DNA of 64,000 nt from Candidatus Sulfomarinibacteraceae bacterium (GTDB lineage: Bacteria > Acidobacteriota > Thermoanaerobaculia > Thermoanaerobaculales > Sulfomarinibacteraceae). Every line of letters begins with the position of its first letter. Position 1 is the first letter of the stretch. Location of the stretch: positions 64,001 through 128,000 of the forward strand of contig CAWCLO010000006.1 in NCBI GenBank assembly GCA_963796455.1, given 5' to 3'. The position numbers and the translations under genes were made by a program. Below are positions 44,709-54,841 of the stretch, one piece after another. Below the pieces are notes generated by a model. It had not been told where the DNA came from and did no database searches. It was given only the letters and a program-made list of their open reading frames with translations.

Positions 44709-45123
44709 GAGAATCAGCAATCTGGAAGCCACCGTCGCGATCACCAGCGCCCTCGGCCACCCGGCTCGGTTGCGAGTCGTTGCGATGCTGCAGGGCGGTG
44801 AACTGTGCGCCTGCCAGATCACCGAAGTGCTCGGTCTCGCCTCTTCCACGGTGTCGGCGCACCTCAAAGAACTCAAACGGGCCAGGTTGCTCATCGAACG
44901 CAAGGACGGCCGCTGGGTGTACTACGGGCTCTCGAAAGATGCATTCGCGCGATCGTGGATCGAGACCTCGCTGGCATCGGTTGCAGACGATGCCCAGATG
45001 CTTGCCGACAGCAAGACGGTAGCGTTCATGCGGACCATGCCGGTGGCGGATCTCTGTCGTCTCGGCTATGAGGAGGCCAAGGCACGCATGGCAGCCGCCT
45101 CCGCAACGGAAGGCAGATCATGA
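44707..45123 (+). CDS. arsR: ArsR-family repressor
   Basis: [35 protein letters not shown]; coupled to acr3. Confidence 0.9.
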   Translation: MRISNLEATVAITSALGHPARLRVVAMLQGGELCACQITEVLGLASSTVSAHLKELKRARLLIERKDGRWVYYGLSKDAFARSWIETSLASVADDAQMLADSKTVAFMRTMPVADLCRLGYEEAKARMAAASATEGRS

Positions 45124-46202
45124 CCGGCCAAAAAAGCGTTTCCAAACGGCTCTCGCTCCTCGATCGCTATCTGACTTTGTGGATCTTCATCGCCATGGCG
45201 ATCGGAGTCGGTTGGGGATACCTTGCGCCCGGTGTGGCGGATTTCTGGAATCGATTTTCTGTCGGCACCACCAACATACCGATCGCCATCGGCCTCATCC
45301 TCATGATGTACCCACCCCTGGCCAAGGTCCGTTACGAAGAGATGGGGAGGGTCTTTCGCGATTGGAAAGTCCTCGCGCTGTCGCTGATCCAGAACTGGGT
45401 GGTCGGCCCGGTGCTGATGTTTCTTCTCGCCATCGCCTTTCTGGCCGACAAACCCGAATACATGGTGGGTCTGATCTTGATCGGGCTCGCACGCTGTATC
45501 GCCATGGTGATCGTCTGGAACGAACTGGCGGCGGGAGACAGCGAGTATTGCGCCGGTCTGGTGGCCTTCAACTCGATTTTTCAGGTACTGTTTTTCTCCC
45601 TCTACGCGTGGTTCTTCATTACCGTGCTGCCGCCGCTCTTCGGGCTCGAAGGCTCAGAGGTCAGCGTCACCATCGCCCAGATCGCAAAAAGCGTGTTCAT
45701 CTATCTCGGCATTCCCTTTCTGGCCGGCGTGATCACCCGGTTCTCGCTCATCGCACTCAAGGGCAAGCAGTGGTACCACGAGGTCTTTGTCCCGAGGATC
45801 AGTCCGATCACCCTCATCGCCCTCCTCTTCACGATTGTCGTCATGTTTTCGCTCAAGGGAGAAGTGATCGTCGAACTGCCCTTCGACGTGGTACGAATCG
45901 CCATTCCCCTACTGGTGTATTTCGTGGTGATGTTCGTGGTGTCGTTCTTCATGTCAAAACGGGTCGGCGCCGATTACAGCCGTTCGGCGACCCTGAGTTT
46001 CACCGCCGCTTCGAATAATTTCGAACTCGCGATCGCGGTCGCCATCGCCACCTTCGGCATCGACCACGGCGCCGCATTTGCCGCCGTTATCGGTCCCCTC
46101 GTCGAGGTCCCGGTCCTCATCGGCCTTGTGAATGTCGCGCTATTCTTTCGAACACGGTTTTTCGCCAAGCCACCCACCGAGAGTCTGGCGGACACCACCT
46201 GA
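45120..46202 (+). CDS. acr3: Acr3 arsenite efflux transporter
   Basis: [47 protein letters not shown]. Confidence 0.96.
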   Translation: MTGQKSVSKRLSLLDRYLTLWIFIAMAIGVGWGYLAPGVADFWNRFSVGTTNIPIAIGLILMMYPPLAKVRYEEMGRVFRDWKVLALSLIQNWVVGPVLMFLLAIAFLADKPEYMVGLILIGLARCIAMVIVWNELAAGDSEYCAGLVAFNSIFQVLFFSLYAWFFITVLPPLFGLEGSEVSVTIAQIAKSVFIYLGIPFLAGVITRFSLIALKGKQWYHEVFVPRISPITLIALLFTIVVMFSLKGEVIVELPFDVVRIAIPLLVYFVVMFVVSFFMSKRVGADYSRSATLSFTAASNNFELAIAVAIATFGIDHGAAFAAVIGPLVEVPVLIGLVNVALFFRTRFFAKPPTESLADTT

Positions 46203-46231
46203 AATTGTGAAACGGAATTGAGGCCGGGTCC

Positions 46232-46924
46232 TCAGATCAAGTAGAGGGTCGATCGCAGCGTTTCATAGACACCGACAACAATGAAAACCACCGCGGTGAT
46301 CCGGCGGGCCCAGACCTCGAAAACCTGCACCCGATCGAGGGCTTTTCCCAACCATCCGGCCCCCGCCGCCAGCAATCCTGCAAAAATAATCACCGGCAAC
46401 GCGGTGCCGACGCCGTAGACCAGGGGCAAAAACAAAGGCGAACTCCGTTCCACAGCCAGTGGCACCAGACCGCCGAAGAAGAGCCCTGCAGACACCGGGC
46501 AGAAGGCGAGGGCGAAGACGATACCCAGAATACCGGCGCCCCAGATGCCGGCGCGGTCGACCCTCTTCTGCATCTTGTCGCTGACACCCATCGAGGGGAA
46601 GCTGAACTCAAAGACCCCAAGCAGCAACAGTCCGAGGGCAATTAGAATCGGACCGAGTAGACGCGGGAAAGTCCCCTGCAGAAAGCTCGAGACCGATACC
46701 AACGACATCAGGGACCACACCGATACGGCGCCAAGTACCACGTAGACGAGGCTGCGCCCGGCGGTGTACAAGGCCCCGGACAGCAGTACCGCGCGGCTGC
46801 TTCCCAACCGCCGACCGACATACGACACCGCAGCGATGTTGGTAGAGAGTGGGCATGGGCTGATCGAGGTGAGGATGCCCAGCCACAAGGCTGAACCAAC
46901 CGCCAGCCAACCTGCCCCCATCAA
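46232..46924 (-). CDS. CcdA-like/ArsG-family membrane protein
   Basis: GILTSISPCPLSTNIAA, FALAFCPVSA (TM Cys pair). Confidence 0.82.
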   Translation of the reverse strand: MMGAGWLAVGSALWLGILTSISPCPLSTNIAAVSYVGRRLGSSRAVLLSGALYTAGRSLVYVVLGAVSVWSLMSLVSVSSFLQGTFPRLLGPILIALGLLLLGVFEFSFPSMGVSDKMQKRVDRAGIWGAGILGIVFALAFCPVSAGLFFGGLVPLAVERSSPLFLPLVYGVGTALPVIIFAGLLAAGAGWLGKALDRVQVFEVWARRITAVVFIVVGVYETLRSTLYLI

Positions 46925-47376
46925 CTCGCTCCGAGGAAATCGCGCGTCTCATCCTGGACATACTGGACAAAACCGTCCTTGGAACGCACCAGTTGCCAGA
47001 CCTTGTCGAGGTTCTTCCAGCGGACAACCGTTTCGCCATCAAACTCGACCAATACGACCGACCGGGTCACGAGCTGAAAATCCTGGATGTAATGCTGGTT
47101 CTCTTTCTCGTCGATGTTGACCACGCGCCACTCGAGGGCACCGTTCTGCAGCGCTTCCGGAAAACCCTGGTGGACAGCCTCATCGGCATAGGCCTCGATC
47201 TTTTTGCACGTCGCGCAGCGGACATTTCCATGGAAATAGAAGGCCACGACACCGTCATCCACGGCTCCTTCCGGTGCCATCCGGCCCTCTTCATTCGCGC
47301 CAGACACCGCAACTGAAAACGAGATCACTCCAACAACCAAACATGCCAGCACCACAAACGGAGATCTTCTATTCAT
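46921..47376 (-). CDS. Exported thioredoxin-like protein (ArsF-like)
   Basis: Signal peptide; FYFHGNVRCATCKKIE; WKNLDKVW. Confidence 0.8.
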   Translation of the reverse strand: MNRRSPFVVLACLVVGVISFSVAVSGANEEGRMAPEGAVDDGVVAFYFHGNVRCATCKKIEAYADEAVHQGFPEALQNGALEWRVVNIDEKENQHYIQDFQLVTRSVVLVEFDGETVVRWKNLDKVWQLVRSKDGFVQYVQDETRDFLGAS

Positions 47377-47618
47377 ATGGCCTCCTCAGCCAACATGGCT
47401 TTGATGTCGTCGATCGAGGGCACCTTGCCCTGACTCTTCAGCTCACCATCGACCACGAGTCCGGGCGTCATCATGAGACCGAAGGTCATGAATTGTTTGA
47501 TGTCGGTGAGCTTCTCCAACTCGTACTCAATACCAAGCTGGTCAGCAGCCTGTGCGGTCAGCTTGGCCAGGTTCTCACACCGCGGACATCCCGGGCCAAG
47601 GACAATAAGCTTTTTCAA
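47373..47618 (-). CDS. Small redox-active disulfide protein (MTH895-like thioredoxin family)
   Basis: VLGPGCPRC, MMTPGLVVDGE..GKVPS. TTG start behind AGGAGG. Confidence 0.88.
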   Translation of the reverse strand: MKKLIVLGPGCPRCENLAKLTAQAADQLGIEYELEKLTDIKQFMTFGLMMTPGLVVDGELKSQGKVPSIDDIKAMLAEEAI

Positions 47619-47628
47619 CACGCACCTC

Positions 47629-48933
47629 CTATGCGACAAATGTTCCGTAGATCAGGCCGGAGACGGTGGCCATCACCACCACAAGGCCGATGTACACGCT
47701 GGTTTTTCGCCATCCGATGACACTGGCAATGACGATCATGTTTGGCAGCGAAAGAGCCGGGCCGGCCAGCAGCAGAGCGAGGGAAGGCCCCGGCCCCATG
47801 CCCGCTCCAATCAAGCCCTGCAGGATCGGCACTTCGGTCAGTGTCGCGAAATACATGAACGCGCCGGCAACGGACGCGAACAGTGTGGCGGCGATCCCGT
47901 TACCACCAACCGCGCTCTCCACCCAACTGGAGGGAAGCAGCCCTTCGTGTCCCGGTCGACCCAGCAAAAGGCCTGCGAGCAACACGCCACCGAGCAGCAG
48001 GGGCAGAATCTGTTTGGCATAGCCCCAACTCGATGCGAACCACTGGCCCAACTCTCCCTGATCACGAGCGGTCACCACCGCCAGGCCGATCACTCCGGCG
48101 GTAAATGCGAGCTCTGGGCTTTCGGGACGAAAGAGGGCAAGGATGGTGGCGGCTGCACCGATCGCGACCACCTTCCACGCCGAAAGGGAGTACCAGCGAA
48201 CGAGCGACAGGCCCAGCAGCACCGCTGCCGCCGATGTCAACCACCATTTGGCCCGCCAGATGGCAAACCATATCCCGGATGGATCGTCGGGCTTTGCCCA
48301 GTTTGCGAAGACGAGAATCGCAACCTGAGCGGCGAAGAAAACCACTGTCTGACCCAGTGGCTTCACTCCTTCGGGTTCAGGAAGGGCCATCGCCGCAGCC
48401 ACGCGGTCCCGCTCCGACCGCCTGAAAATCGCGGCCATCAGGCAACCGACAACAAGCGCAAAGAGAACCGCCCCTACGGCCCTGGCCGCCCCGAGTTTGA
48501 CGCCGAGTACGCTCGTCGTGAGAACAACAGCGAGCACATTGATCGCCGGGCCCGCGTACAGAAACGTAGTTGCCGGACCGAGGCCGGCGCCCATGGTGTG
48601 GATGCCTGCAAAGAGCGGCAGCACGGTGCAGGAGCACACGGCGAGGACGGTGCCGCTGACCGACGCGACGCCGTAGGCCACCACCTTCGGGGCCCTCGGG
48701 CCCAGGTATTTCATGACTGCGGCCTGGCTGACAAAGCTGGCAACGGCGCCGGCGATGAAGAACGCCGGCACCAGGCACAGCAGCACGTGTTCGCGTGCAT
48801 ACCATCTCGTGAGCGCCAAAGCTTCGGTAACCGCTCCGTCAAAGCGTGGCCAGCCCACCGGCAGCCAGAAGAAGACAGCAAATGCTGCCGCCATCCAGGC
48901 CAGGGCTTTCCACTCTTTCTGCCAGTCGATCAA
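47629..48933 (-). CDS. ArsP-like permease (DUF318)
   Basis: HVLLCLVPAFFIAGA, VCSCTVLPLF, GPAINV, MYFATLTEVP, GPALSLP. Confidence 0.88.
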   Translation of the reverse strand: MIDWQKEWKALAWMAAAFAVFFWLPVGWPRFDGAVTEALALTRWYAREHVLLCLVPAFFIAGAVASFVSQAAVMKYLGPRAPKVVAYGVASVSGTVLAVCSCTVLPLFAGIHTMGAGLGPATTFLYAGPAINVLAVVLTTSVLGVKLGAARAVGAVLFALVVGCLMAAIFRRSERDRVAAAMALPEPEGVKPLGQTVVFFAAQVAILVFANWAKPDDPSGIWFAIWRAKWWLTSAAAVLLGLSLVRWYSLSAWKVVAIGAAATILALFRPESPELAFTAGVIGLAVVTARDQGELGQWFASSWGYAKQILPLLLGGVLLAGLLLGRPGHEGLLPSSWVESAVGGNGIAATLFASVAGAFMYFATLTEVPILQGLIGAGMGPGPSLALLLAGPALSLPNMIVIASVIGWRKTSVYIGLVVVMATVSGLIYGTFVA

Positions 48934-48963
48934 TTTCCTTCTCCTTCATCGATCCCCGAATAC

Positions 48964-48979
48964 TTGGCGAAATTGCCAA
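48964..48979. promoter_or_regulatory. Second candidate ArsR operator
   Basis: TTGGC-gaaatt-GCCAA, similar to the palindrome at 49338-49361. Confidence 0.5.
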
Positions 48980-49000
48980 CAATTCGAGAAAAAACAAGGA

Positions 49001-49339
49001 TCACGATTCGACCACCACATCAGACCTGCCAAGCTCATCGAGCACAGCTTCAACACAACCGAAGAAATTGAGGATGCAGGGAACCCGCAGCCGATAAAAG
49101 ACCTGCTGGCCTCGCCTCTCATCGAGCACCACGCCGGCCCTCTTGAGCAGCGCCAGGTGTTTGGACACGGTGGAAACATCCGCGCCGATCATCTCGGTCA
49201 GGTCGCATACGCACCGCTCGCCGCGAGACAACTCATCGACGATAAAGAGTCGACTCGGGTGCGCCAACGCCTTCATCACCTTTGCCCTGTTTTCCATATG
49301 GGTTCTGACCTCACCATCGAGTCGCCGTTGGCCGTCCAT
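49001..49339 (-). CDS. arsR: ArsR-family repressor
   Basis: KALAHPSRL, ERCVCDL, STVSKHL, C-terminal PCILNFFGC. Start at 49339 or about 49300. Confidence 0.9.
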   Translation of the reverse strand: MDGQRRLDGEVRTHMENRAKVMKALAHPSRLFIVDELSRGERCVCDLTEMIGADVSTVSKHLALLKRAGVVLDERRGQQVFYRLRVPCILNFFGCVEAVLDELGRSDVVVES

Positions 49340-49374
49340 ATTTGGCAATATAACCAAATATATCGCCGTGTCAA
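49338..49374 (-). promoter_or_regulatory. Promoter plus operator of the arsR-permease operon
   Basis: TTGACA-N16-TATATT, overlapped by the perfect inverted repeat ATATTTGG-N8-CCAAATAT (49338-49361). Confidence 0.7.
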
Positions 49375-49729
49375 CTCAACTGTCGGGTTTTCAATTCATA
49401 TTCACCTATCTCTACGCTGTCCACGGTTCGAGATGTGAGTCGGGGCGCGAAACCTGCATCCTGCTACCTGCATCCTGGATCACTGCTGTCCAAAACAGAT
49501 TGTCACTTGACGTTACTCACCTGACAATAGGTGGTTTACGGGTCGGTTTTCGGCATTTCCGGTTGGCGGTTGGCACGTTCCCGATTTCGATCCCGAATTG
49601 CAGCGGCAGCGACAGTGTCCAGCGTCAGCGACGGGGAACAGCGATCGGTGTTCAGTGTTCAGCGGCAGCGGTCAGGAGTACTGGCGACGCAGTGGCCACC
49701 TCCGGATCGTTCAACAGAAGGAACAGCCG

Positions 49730-49959
49730 TTGTGGTGTAGGCGTCTCGCCTGCACACCGTGCGGCCGAGACGGCCGCACCACAAAGGCCGGAGCCCCGAC
49801 GAAGTGAGTGCTGTTCGCTGACCCTGCCTCTGGTTGCTGTTCGCTGCCGCTGTCTGAGACCCTGTCTTGGACAGGAGTGATCCTGCATCCTGCATCCAGT
49901 ATCTTGGTCTTCTGCGACGGTCGGTTTCGATAGCGATACGGATTGCGATAGCGATAGCA
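49730..49959. repeat. REP-like inverted doublet and simple repeats
   Basis: ttgtggtgtaggcgtctcgcctgcac / gtgcggccgagacggccgcaccacaa (49730-49784); (atcctgc)n near 49880; (gatagc)n 49929-49959. Confidence 0.7.
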
Positions 49960-50040
49960 ATGACCCGATGCAGCCGGAAGTTCAAGCCATCGGGAACAAG
50001 CTGCCGGTATGCTGCGTAGAGCAGTTCAAAAGGAGGCATC

Positions 50041-50235
50041 ATGCCAAGCGGAAAACTTCATCGATCCACATCCAACCGAGTCCTTGCCGGCGTCTGCGGC
50101 GGAATCGCCAACTGGCTGGGGTGGAATCCGACCACGGTTCGCGTTCTCTATGTCGTCATCTCGATTCTTTCGGTCGCCTTTCCCGGGATCCTGGTTTACC
50201 TCGTCCTCTGGATCGCGATGCCGAAAGATTCGTAG
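50041..50235 (+). CDS. PspC-domain protein
   Basis: LHRS..NRVLAGVCGGIA, VRVLYV, YLVLWIAMP; AGGAGG RBS. Confidence 0.92.
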   Translation: MPSGKLHRSTSNRVLAGVCGGIANWLGWNPTTVRVLYVVISILSVAFPGILVYLVLWIAMPKDS

Positions 50236-50267
50236 TTCGCACAGCGAGCCACCTCACAAAGGAAAAA

Positions 50268-50334
50268 CCGCAGATCACGCAGATGAACGCAGATACTCAT
50301 TTCTAATCTGTGAAAGTCTGCGTCGACTGCGGTT
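50268..50334. repeat. Inverted pair of (cgcagat)-type repeats
   Basis: ccgcagatcacgcagatgaacgcagat ... atctgtgaaagtctgcgtcgactgcgg; same family as 36319-36382. Confidence 0.65.
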
Positions 50335-50502
50335 TCTGATGTATGGCGAGTATGCACGCGCCTTCCTCAATTCCTCATCCCTGATTCCCAAATCCCAATT
50401 CCTCTGCGAACCTTTTGCTCCGCCATCCGTTGTGATGGATAGACACGGTCGTTAAGAAACACGGCGACCACCCGTCAACTGTCTGAGGACACGGAGGTAT
50501 TT

Positions 50503-51045
50503 ATGAAGCGCACAGTCATCACCCTGATAGCAATCGCACTACTGGCCTGGGCCCCGGCGGCTCTGGCGGACGAAGGAACGCGATGGGTCAACGTCCATGT
50601 GACCGAGAACTCGAGCAGCACAAACGTCGAGGTCCACCTGCCGCTGAACCTGGTGCTCACCGTGCTCCGCAACGTTGATGTGGAGAATTTTCACGGCGGC
50701 CATATCGATCTCGAGATCGATGAAGACATGGACATCAATTTTCCCGAGATCATCCAGGCGGTCAAAGACGCGCCGGACGGAAAATTCGTGACCGTCACCT
50801 CGGATGAAGCCGATGTCAACGTCCACAAGGAAAATGGCATCCTCTTTGTCACCGTCAACCAGAAGGAAGACGAAATGGCACAGGTCGAAGTCACCATGCC
50901 CATGACGCTGATGGACGCCCTGACCTTCGGTGAGAAAAACACCCTCAACATCGCGGCACTGCTCGAGAGCTTTGACGATTTGCCCGACGGTGAACTGGTG
51001 AAGGTCACCTCCAACGAGGCCAACGTCCGCGTCTGGATCGAGTAA
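50503..51045 (+). CDS. Exported acidic hypothetical protein
   Basis: GGAGG RBS; signal peptide ending ALA; internal repeat PDG..V.VTS.EA.V.V. Confidence 0.8.
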   Translation: MKRTVITLIAIALLAWAPAALADEGTRWVNVHVTENSSSTNVEVHLPLNLVLTVLRNVDVENFHGGHIDLEIDEDMDINFPEIIQAVKDAPDGKFVTVTSDEADVNVHKENGILFVTVNQKEDEMAQVEVTMPMTLMDALTFGEKNTLNIAALLESFDDLPDGELVKVTSNEANVRVWIE

Positions 51046-51590
51046 TGAAATCGCAACGCGGCGTCTCGACGCTGGGCGCGGTGCTCCTGGCCGGCACTGC
51101 CGGCCTGCTCACCGCGACCCTGCTCATGGACTGGATGGTCGTCGATGTTCACGTCGAAGAGGACACTCCGATCCACATCAAAGTGCCGTTTCCATTGATC
51201 ATCGCCGATTTAGCTTCCCATTTCATCCCGGATGAGGCGATGCAGGAGGCACAGGTGCCGCCGGAGCTGAAAGCTCAGAAGGATCTGATTTTGGCGACGG
51301 TGAACGCGTTGCTCGAAAGCCCTGACACCCACTTCGTCAAGGTCGAGACCGAGGAGGCCAATGTCGATATCTTCAAAGACGGAGACAACCTCCGGATCGA
51401 AGTCGATGCCGACGACGCCGTGGTGAGCTGCATGATCCCGATCGATGGCGTCATCGACGCCCTCGAGGACTGGGATTGGGAGGTCTTCGATCCAAAGATG
51501 GTCCTCGACATCCTGCACGCCGCCGATACCGGCCACCTGGTCAACGTCGAAACAGAAGACGGCGTCAAGGTCGCGATCAAAATGTGGTGA
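51045..51590 (+). CDS. Membrane-anchored acidic hypothetical protein, distant paralogue of the upstream gene
   Basis: TAATG coupling; N-terminal TM; shares W..VHV.E, V..P, PD..FV.V...EA.V.[VI].K. Confidence 0.8.
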   Translation: MKSQRGVSTLGAVLLAGTAGLLTATLLMDWMVVDVHVEEDTPIHIKVPFPLIIADLASHFIPDEAMQEAQVPPELKAQKDLILATVNALLESPDTHFVKVETEEANVDIFKDGDNLRIEVDADDAVVSCMIPIDGVIDALEDWDWEVFDPKMVLDILHAADTGHLVNVETEDGVKVAIKMW

Positions 51591-51593
51591 CAT

Positions 51594-51704
51594 AGTTCGG
51601 AGTTCGGAGTTCGGAGTTCGGAGTTTCCCCCGCCAATCCGGCGGGGGTTTTACTCTTCTGGGTGAATGTTTCGAAATTCCGAATTCCGAATTCCGAATTC
51701 CGAA
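51594..51704. repeat. Opposed heptamer runs (agttcgg)n and (aattccg)n flanking a hairpin
   Basis: 51594-51625 and 51675-51704. Confidence 0.8.
51628..51650 (+). terminator. Intrinsic terminator between convergent genes
   Basis: CCCCGCC-aatcc-GGCGGGG-TTTT. Confidence 0.7.
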
Positions 51705-53617
51705 CTTGATTCCGGAGGCGGTTCATACGCTTCCGGAACTTCCCACCCTCCGAGTTCGGCCACTCGTTTGGCGACGGCCTGCGCGGTGACCTGATCCGGA
51801 GGCATTGCGTCGCCGAAACGCACCGTGATCCGTGACCAGAAACGTCGAAAGGGCCGGCTCATGGCGGGCCCGCCCTTACGGCTGAAAAAGCTCCCCCAAA
51901 GACCGACCAGGGCCACTGGAAACACCGCGACCGGTGTGCGTGCGATGATCTTTTCGATTCCGGGGCGAAATGGAGACAAGGACCCGTCACACGTGATCCC
52001 ACCCTCGGGGAATATGCACACCACCTCACCCTCGGCAAGCTCTTCGGCGATCCGGTCATAAGCTTGTTCGAGGACCTCGGGCTTTTCGCGTGCGGACGCG
52101 ATCGGGATCACCTTGGCATCGCGAAAAAGAAAGCGGATCAGCGGCAGACGGGAATAGTCCTCCGCCATGACGAAACGCGGCGGTCTCGGCGACGCCGAGG
52201 CCATCAGCAGCCAGTCGACGAAGCTGGCGTGGTTGGCCGCGAGCACGCACGGGCCTTCTTTCGGGAGGTATTCAATTCCCTCGACCCGCAACCGATACAG
52301 GATATTGGCCAGACCCCAGGCCACGAAACGCAACAGAAACTCCGGAATGACTGTGTAGATCCAGATTGCCGCGCCGATATTCAGTAGTGCGAGGATCAGG
52401 AAAATCCCCGGGATCGAAACACCGGCAGCCATCAGGGTCACCAGAATCACCGACGACAGGACGATCAGCAAGGAGTTGAGGATATTGTTGCCCGCGATCA
52501 CCCTCGACCGGACCTCTCCCGCGGATCGTTGTTGAATGAATGTCATCAGCGGTACGGTGTAAAAACCTGAAAAGACCGCAATCAGGAAGAGATCGACCAG
52601 GACGTGCAGGCCACCGGGCGAACCCAGAAACTGGGTCGCCGAAAGAAGCGAGCCGTCAGTCGGCCGAAGAAACCGCCAACCAGAAAAGGCCAAATCGATG
52701 GCAAAAACACTGATGCCGATCGAGCCCAGCGGCACCAAACCCAGTTCGAGCCGGTTTCTGGAAAAACGTTCGCACAACATCGATCCGATGCCGATGCCGA
52801 CACAGAAGGTGCCCAGACAAAGGGTCACCACGGTCTCCCCTCCCCCGAGCACGTCCTTGGAAAAATTGGGCAACAACGACAGAAACGACGCCCCCATGAA
52901 CCAGAACCACGAGATCGCGAGCACCGAAAGAAAAACCGTGTGGACCGATCGCGTCACCCGCAGGATCTTGATGGTCGGTGTCACAGGGTTGAGCTCGAAC
53001 TGGAGATCGGGGTTGGCGGCGGGCGTTTTCTGGATAAAAAGGCTCACCAGCCATCCCAGAATCGCGACAAACACCACCATGATTCCAAGACGCGAAACCC
53101 ACTCGTCTCCTCCGGCAACAATCAGTCCGCCGGTTATCGTGCCGAGCAGAATCGCCAAAAAAGTCGCCGACGCTACCAAGGCGTTTCCGCCCACGAGGTT
53201 TTTGTCGTCGAGCAACTCCGGCAGGATGGCGTACTTTGCCGGTCCGAAGAATGTCGATTGCATCCCCATGAAGAAAAGGACGAGCAGCAACAGCGCCAGG
53301 CTGTTGGTCGCAAAGCCGATCCCGGCGAGACACATCACTCCGATCTCCCAGATCTTGACCCAGCGAATCAGACGCCATTTCGCCAGCCGGTCGGCAAGTT
53401 GGCCCGCGGTGGCCGAAAAGAGAAAGAAGGGGAAAATGAAAATTCCCGCGCAGGCCACCACGATGGTGGCGGACGAAACACCGAGCAAGGTCATCGATCG
53501 ATAGGCAACAAGGATCGCCAGTGCGTTTTTAAAAAGATTGTCGTTGAACGCGCCCAGGAACTGGGTCCAGAACAGGGGCCAGAATCGGCGCTCGGACAAC
53601 AGATGCAGCTGGCTCAA
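51650..53617 (-). CDS. LplT-like MFS transporter fused to a PlsC-type acyltransferase
   Basis: RFWPLFWTQFLGAFNDNLFK, FGPAKY.ILP; NHASFVD (HxxxxD), IFPEG, GLWGSFFSR. Confidence 0.9.
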   Translation of the reverse strand: MSQLHLLSERRFWPLFWTQFLGAFNDNLFKNALAILVAYRSMTLLGVSSATIVVACAGIFIFPFFLFSATAGQLADRLAKWRLIRWVKIWEIGVMCLAGIGFATNSLALLLLVLFFMGMQSTFFGPAKYAILPELLDDKNLVGGNALVASATFLAILLGTITGGLIVAGGDEWVSRLGIMVVFVAILGWLVSLFIQKTPAANPDLQFELNPVTPTIKILRVTRSVHTVFLSVLAISWFWFMGASFLSLLPNFSKDVLGGGETVVTLCLGTFCVGIGIGSMLCERFSRNRLELGLVPLGSIGISVFAIDLAFSGWRFLRPTDGSLLSATQFLGSPGGLHVLVDLFLIAVFSGFYTVPLMTFIQQRSAGEVRSRVIAGNNILNSLLIVLSSVILVTLMAAGVSIPGIFLILALLNIGAAIWIYTVIPEFLLRFVAWGLANILYRLRVEGIEYLPKEGPCVLAANHASFVDWLLMASASPRPPRFVMAEDYSRLPLIRFLFRDAKVIPIASAREKPEVLEQAYDRIAEELAEGEVVCIFPEGGITCDGSLSPFRPGIEKIIARTPVAVFPVALVGLWGSFFSRKGGPAMSRPFRRFWSRITVRFGDAMPPDQVTAQAVAKRVAELGGWEVPEAYEPPPESSSEFGIRNSEFRNIHPEE

Positions 53618-53694
53618 TCAGACCTCCCGGGTTGATTCGAGCCACGATAGTACATTGACGGCAGGTGCCAAGGGGAGAGGGAGAGGGCACCGTT

Positions 53695-53812
53695 GTTCGA
53701 TACTCGATGCGAGATGCTGGATGCTGGATCCAAAAGTCGAACCTCTTTCGATCCCGAGCCCGATCCCGTTTCCGTTACCGTTACCGAAGGGGGAAGGGAG
53801 AACCGTACCGGA
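53695..53812. repeat. Intergenic simple-repeat mosaic
   Basis: (gatgctg)n, (ccgatc/ccgtta)n and gggagaaccgtaccggaggcg, resembling segments at 58830-58860 and 59177-59392. Confidence 0.6.
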
Positions 53813-53850
53813 GGCGTTGCAGCCAAAAAACAGCGTGGCTCCCCTGCTCT

Positions 53851-54279
53851 TCAGTCTGTGTCGCCGTCGGCCTTCTTGAAGCGGTGGGAAAGCGCCCCGA
53901 GTATCCACAACCCGCCGGTCACGAGGTGAATCCAGATCCAGGTAGTTCGCCAGCCTTCGGAGACGGTCACTTGAATCAAATAGCCCGACACCACGACCGG
54001 TACGAACTGAACGGTTAACACGAGACCCGTGAGGCGACCCCTCTTCGACGAATTGGAGAGTTTCTCAAAAACATGACCCTTCCAGAACAGCGCCACGGCA
54101 AATACGAGCGCCGGTGCCACCAGGACATGGAGATGTTGAAAATCGGGCTGCCACGGGTGATTCACAACCGACCATTCGTCGACAGGATCCATCAGATACT
54201 TCATGATCCCGTAAACCACCCCGGTCCCTCCAACCAGGAGATTGGATATGTCGAACAACCACCGTTCGCTGCGGGTCAT
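53851..54279 (-). CDS. Small four-TM His-rich membrane protein (putative cytochrome b-like partner)
   Basis: HPW, HLHVL, WKGH, IHLVTG; last gene of the apbE cluster. Confidence 0.75.
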   Translation of the reverse strand: MTRSERWLFDISNLLVGGTGVVYGIMKYLMDPVDEWSVVNHPWQPDFQHLHVLVAPALVFAVALFWKGHVFEKLSNSSKRGRLTGLVLTVQFVPVVVSGYLIQVTVSEGWRTTWIWIHLVTGGLWILGALSHRFKKADGDTD

Positions 54280-54836
54280 GGAAATTCCACCTCGGTTTCG
54301 AGCACCTGATGAATCGCCATCGCCCGCCGAATCGCATCCGTCGTGGCTCTCGCTGTCAGAGTGGCACCGGTGATCGCTCGGATGCCCCGTTTGAGCTCGA
54401 GTTCGTCGTCAAGAGAACGGTCCTCGAATTGTTGATACCACCGATCCGGGGGCAAATAGTCGAGAGGCTCCCTGAACGCCACAACCTCGACTCTTTTTAA
54501 TGTGCCATCCGCAGCAATAGCGATCATCACGGTTTCCGGAAGCGTCCGGACACGATGGGTATCGAGATAGGCCCAACCGACTACTTCACCCTCGAGGACC
54601 GCGACATATCGCGTCACCAGGGCCCCGCCCGGTCGCTGACCCGCGAGCGTTTCGATCCGGTCCAGTTGCTCCCCGGTCAGAAAGACGGTCTGGCGTTCGG
54701 TTGACGATTTCGGATAAACCTGTCCGAGAGCTTCCTCCACAGTTACCAGAACCGTCCCGAAACTTGTCGAAACGAGCACGACCGCGGCGCAGAAGACCGC
54801 GCCCAAGCAACAAATCCAGGAACGTGGAGTCATCAT
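54276..54836 (-). CDS. Exported FMN-binding (flavinylation target) protein
   Basis: Signal peptide; FREP..Y; ITGATLT matches the [S/T]GA[S/T] flavinylation motif. Confidence 0.85.
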   Translation of the reverse strand: MMTPRSWICCLGAVFCAAVVLVSTSFGTVLVTVEEALGQVYPKSSTERQTVFLTGEQLDRIETLAGQRPGGALVTRYVAVLEGEVVGWAYLDTHRVRTLPETVMIAIAADGTLKRVEVVAFREPLDYLPPDRWYQQFEDRSLDDELELKRGIRAITGATLTARATTDAIRRAMAIHQVLETEVEFP

Positions 54837-54841
54837 TTACG

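Noticed and set aside
47473..49071. 532-aa plus-strand ORF
   Set aside because: Antisense to the permease.
49380..50040. Protein-coding gene or ncRNA in the 660-bp gap
   Set aside because: Only short ORFs made of simple repeats; no recognisable RNA family.
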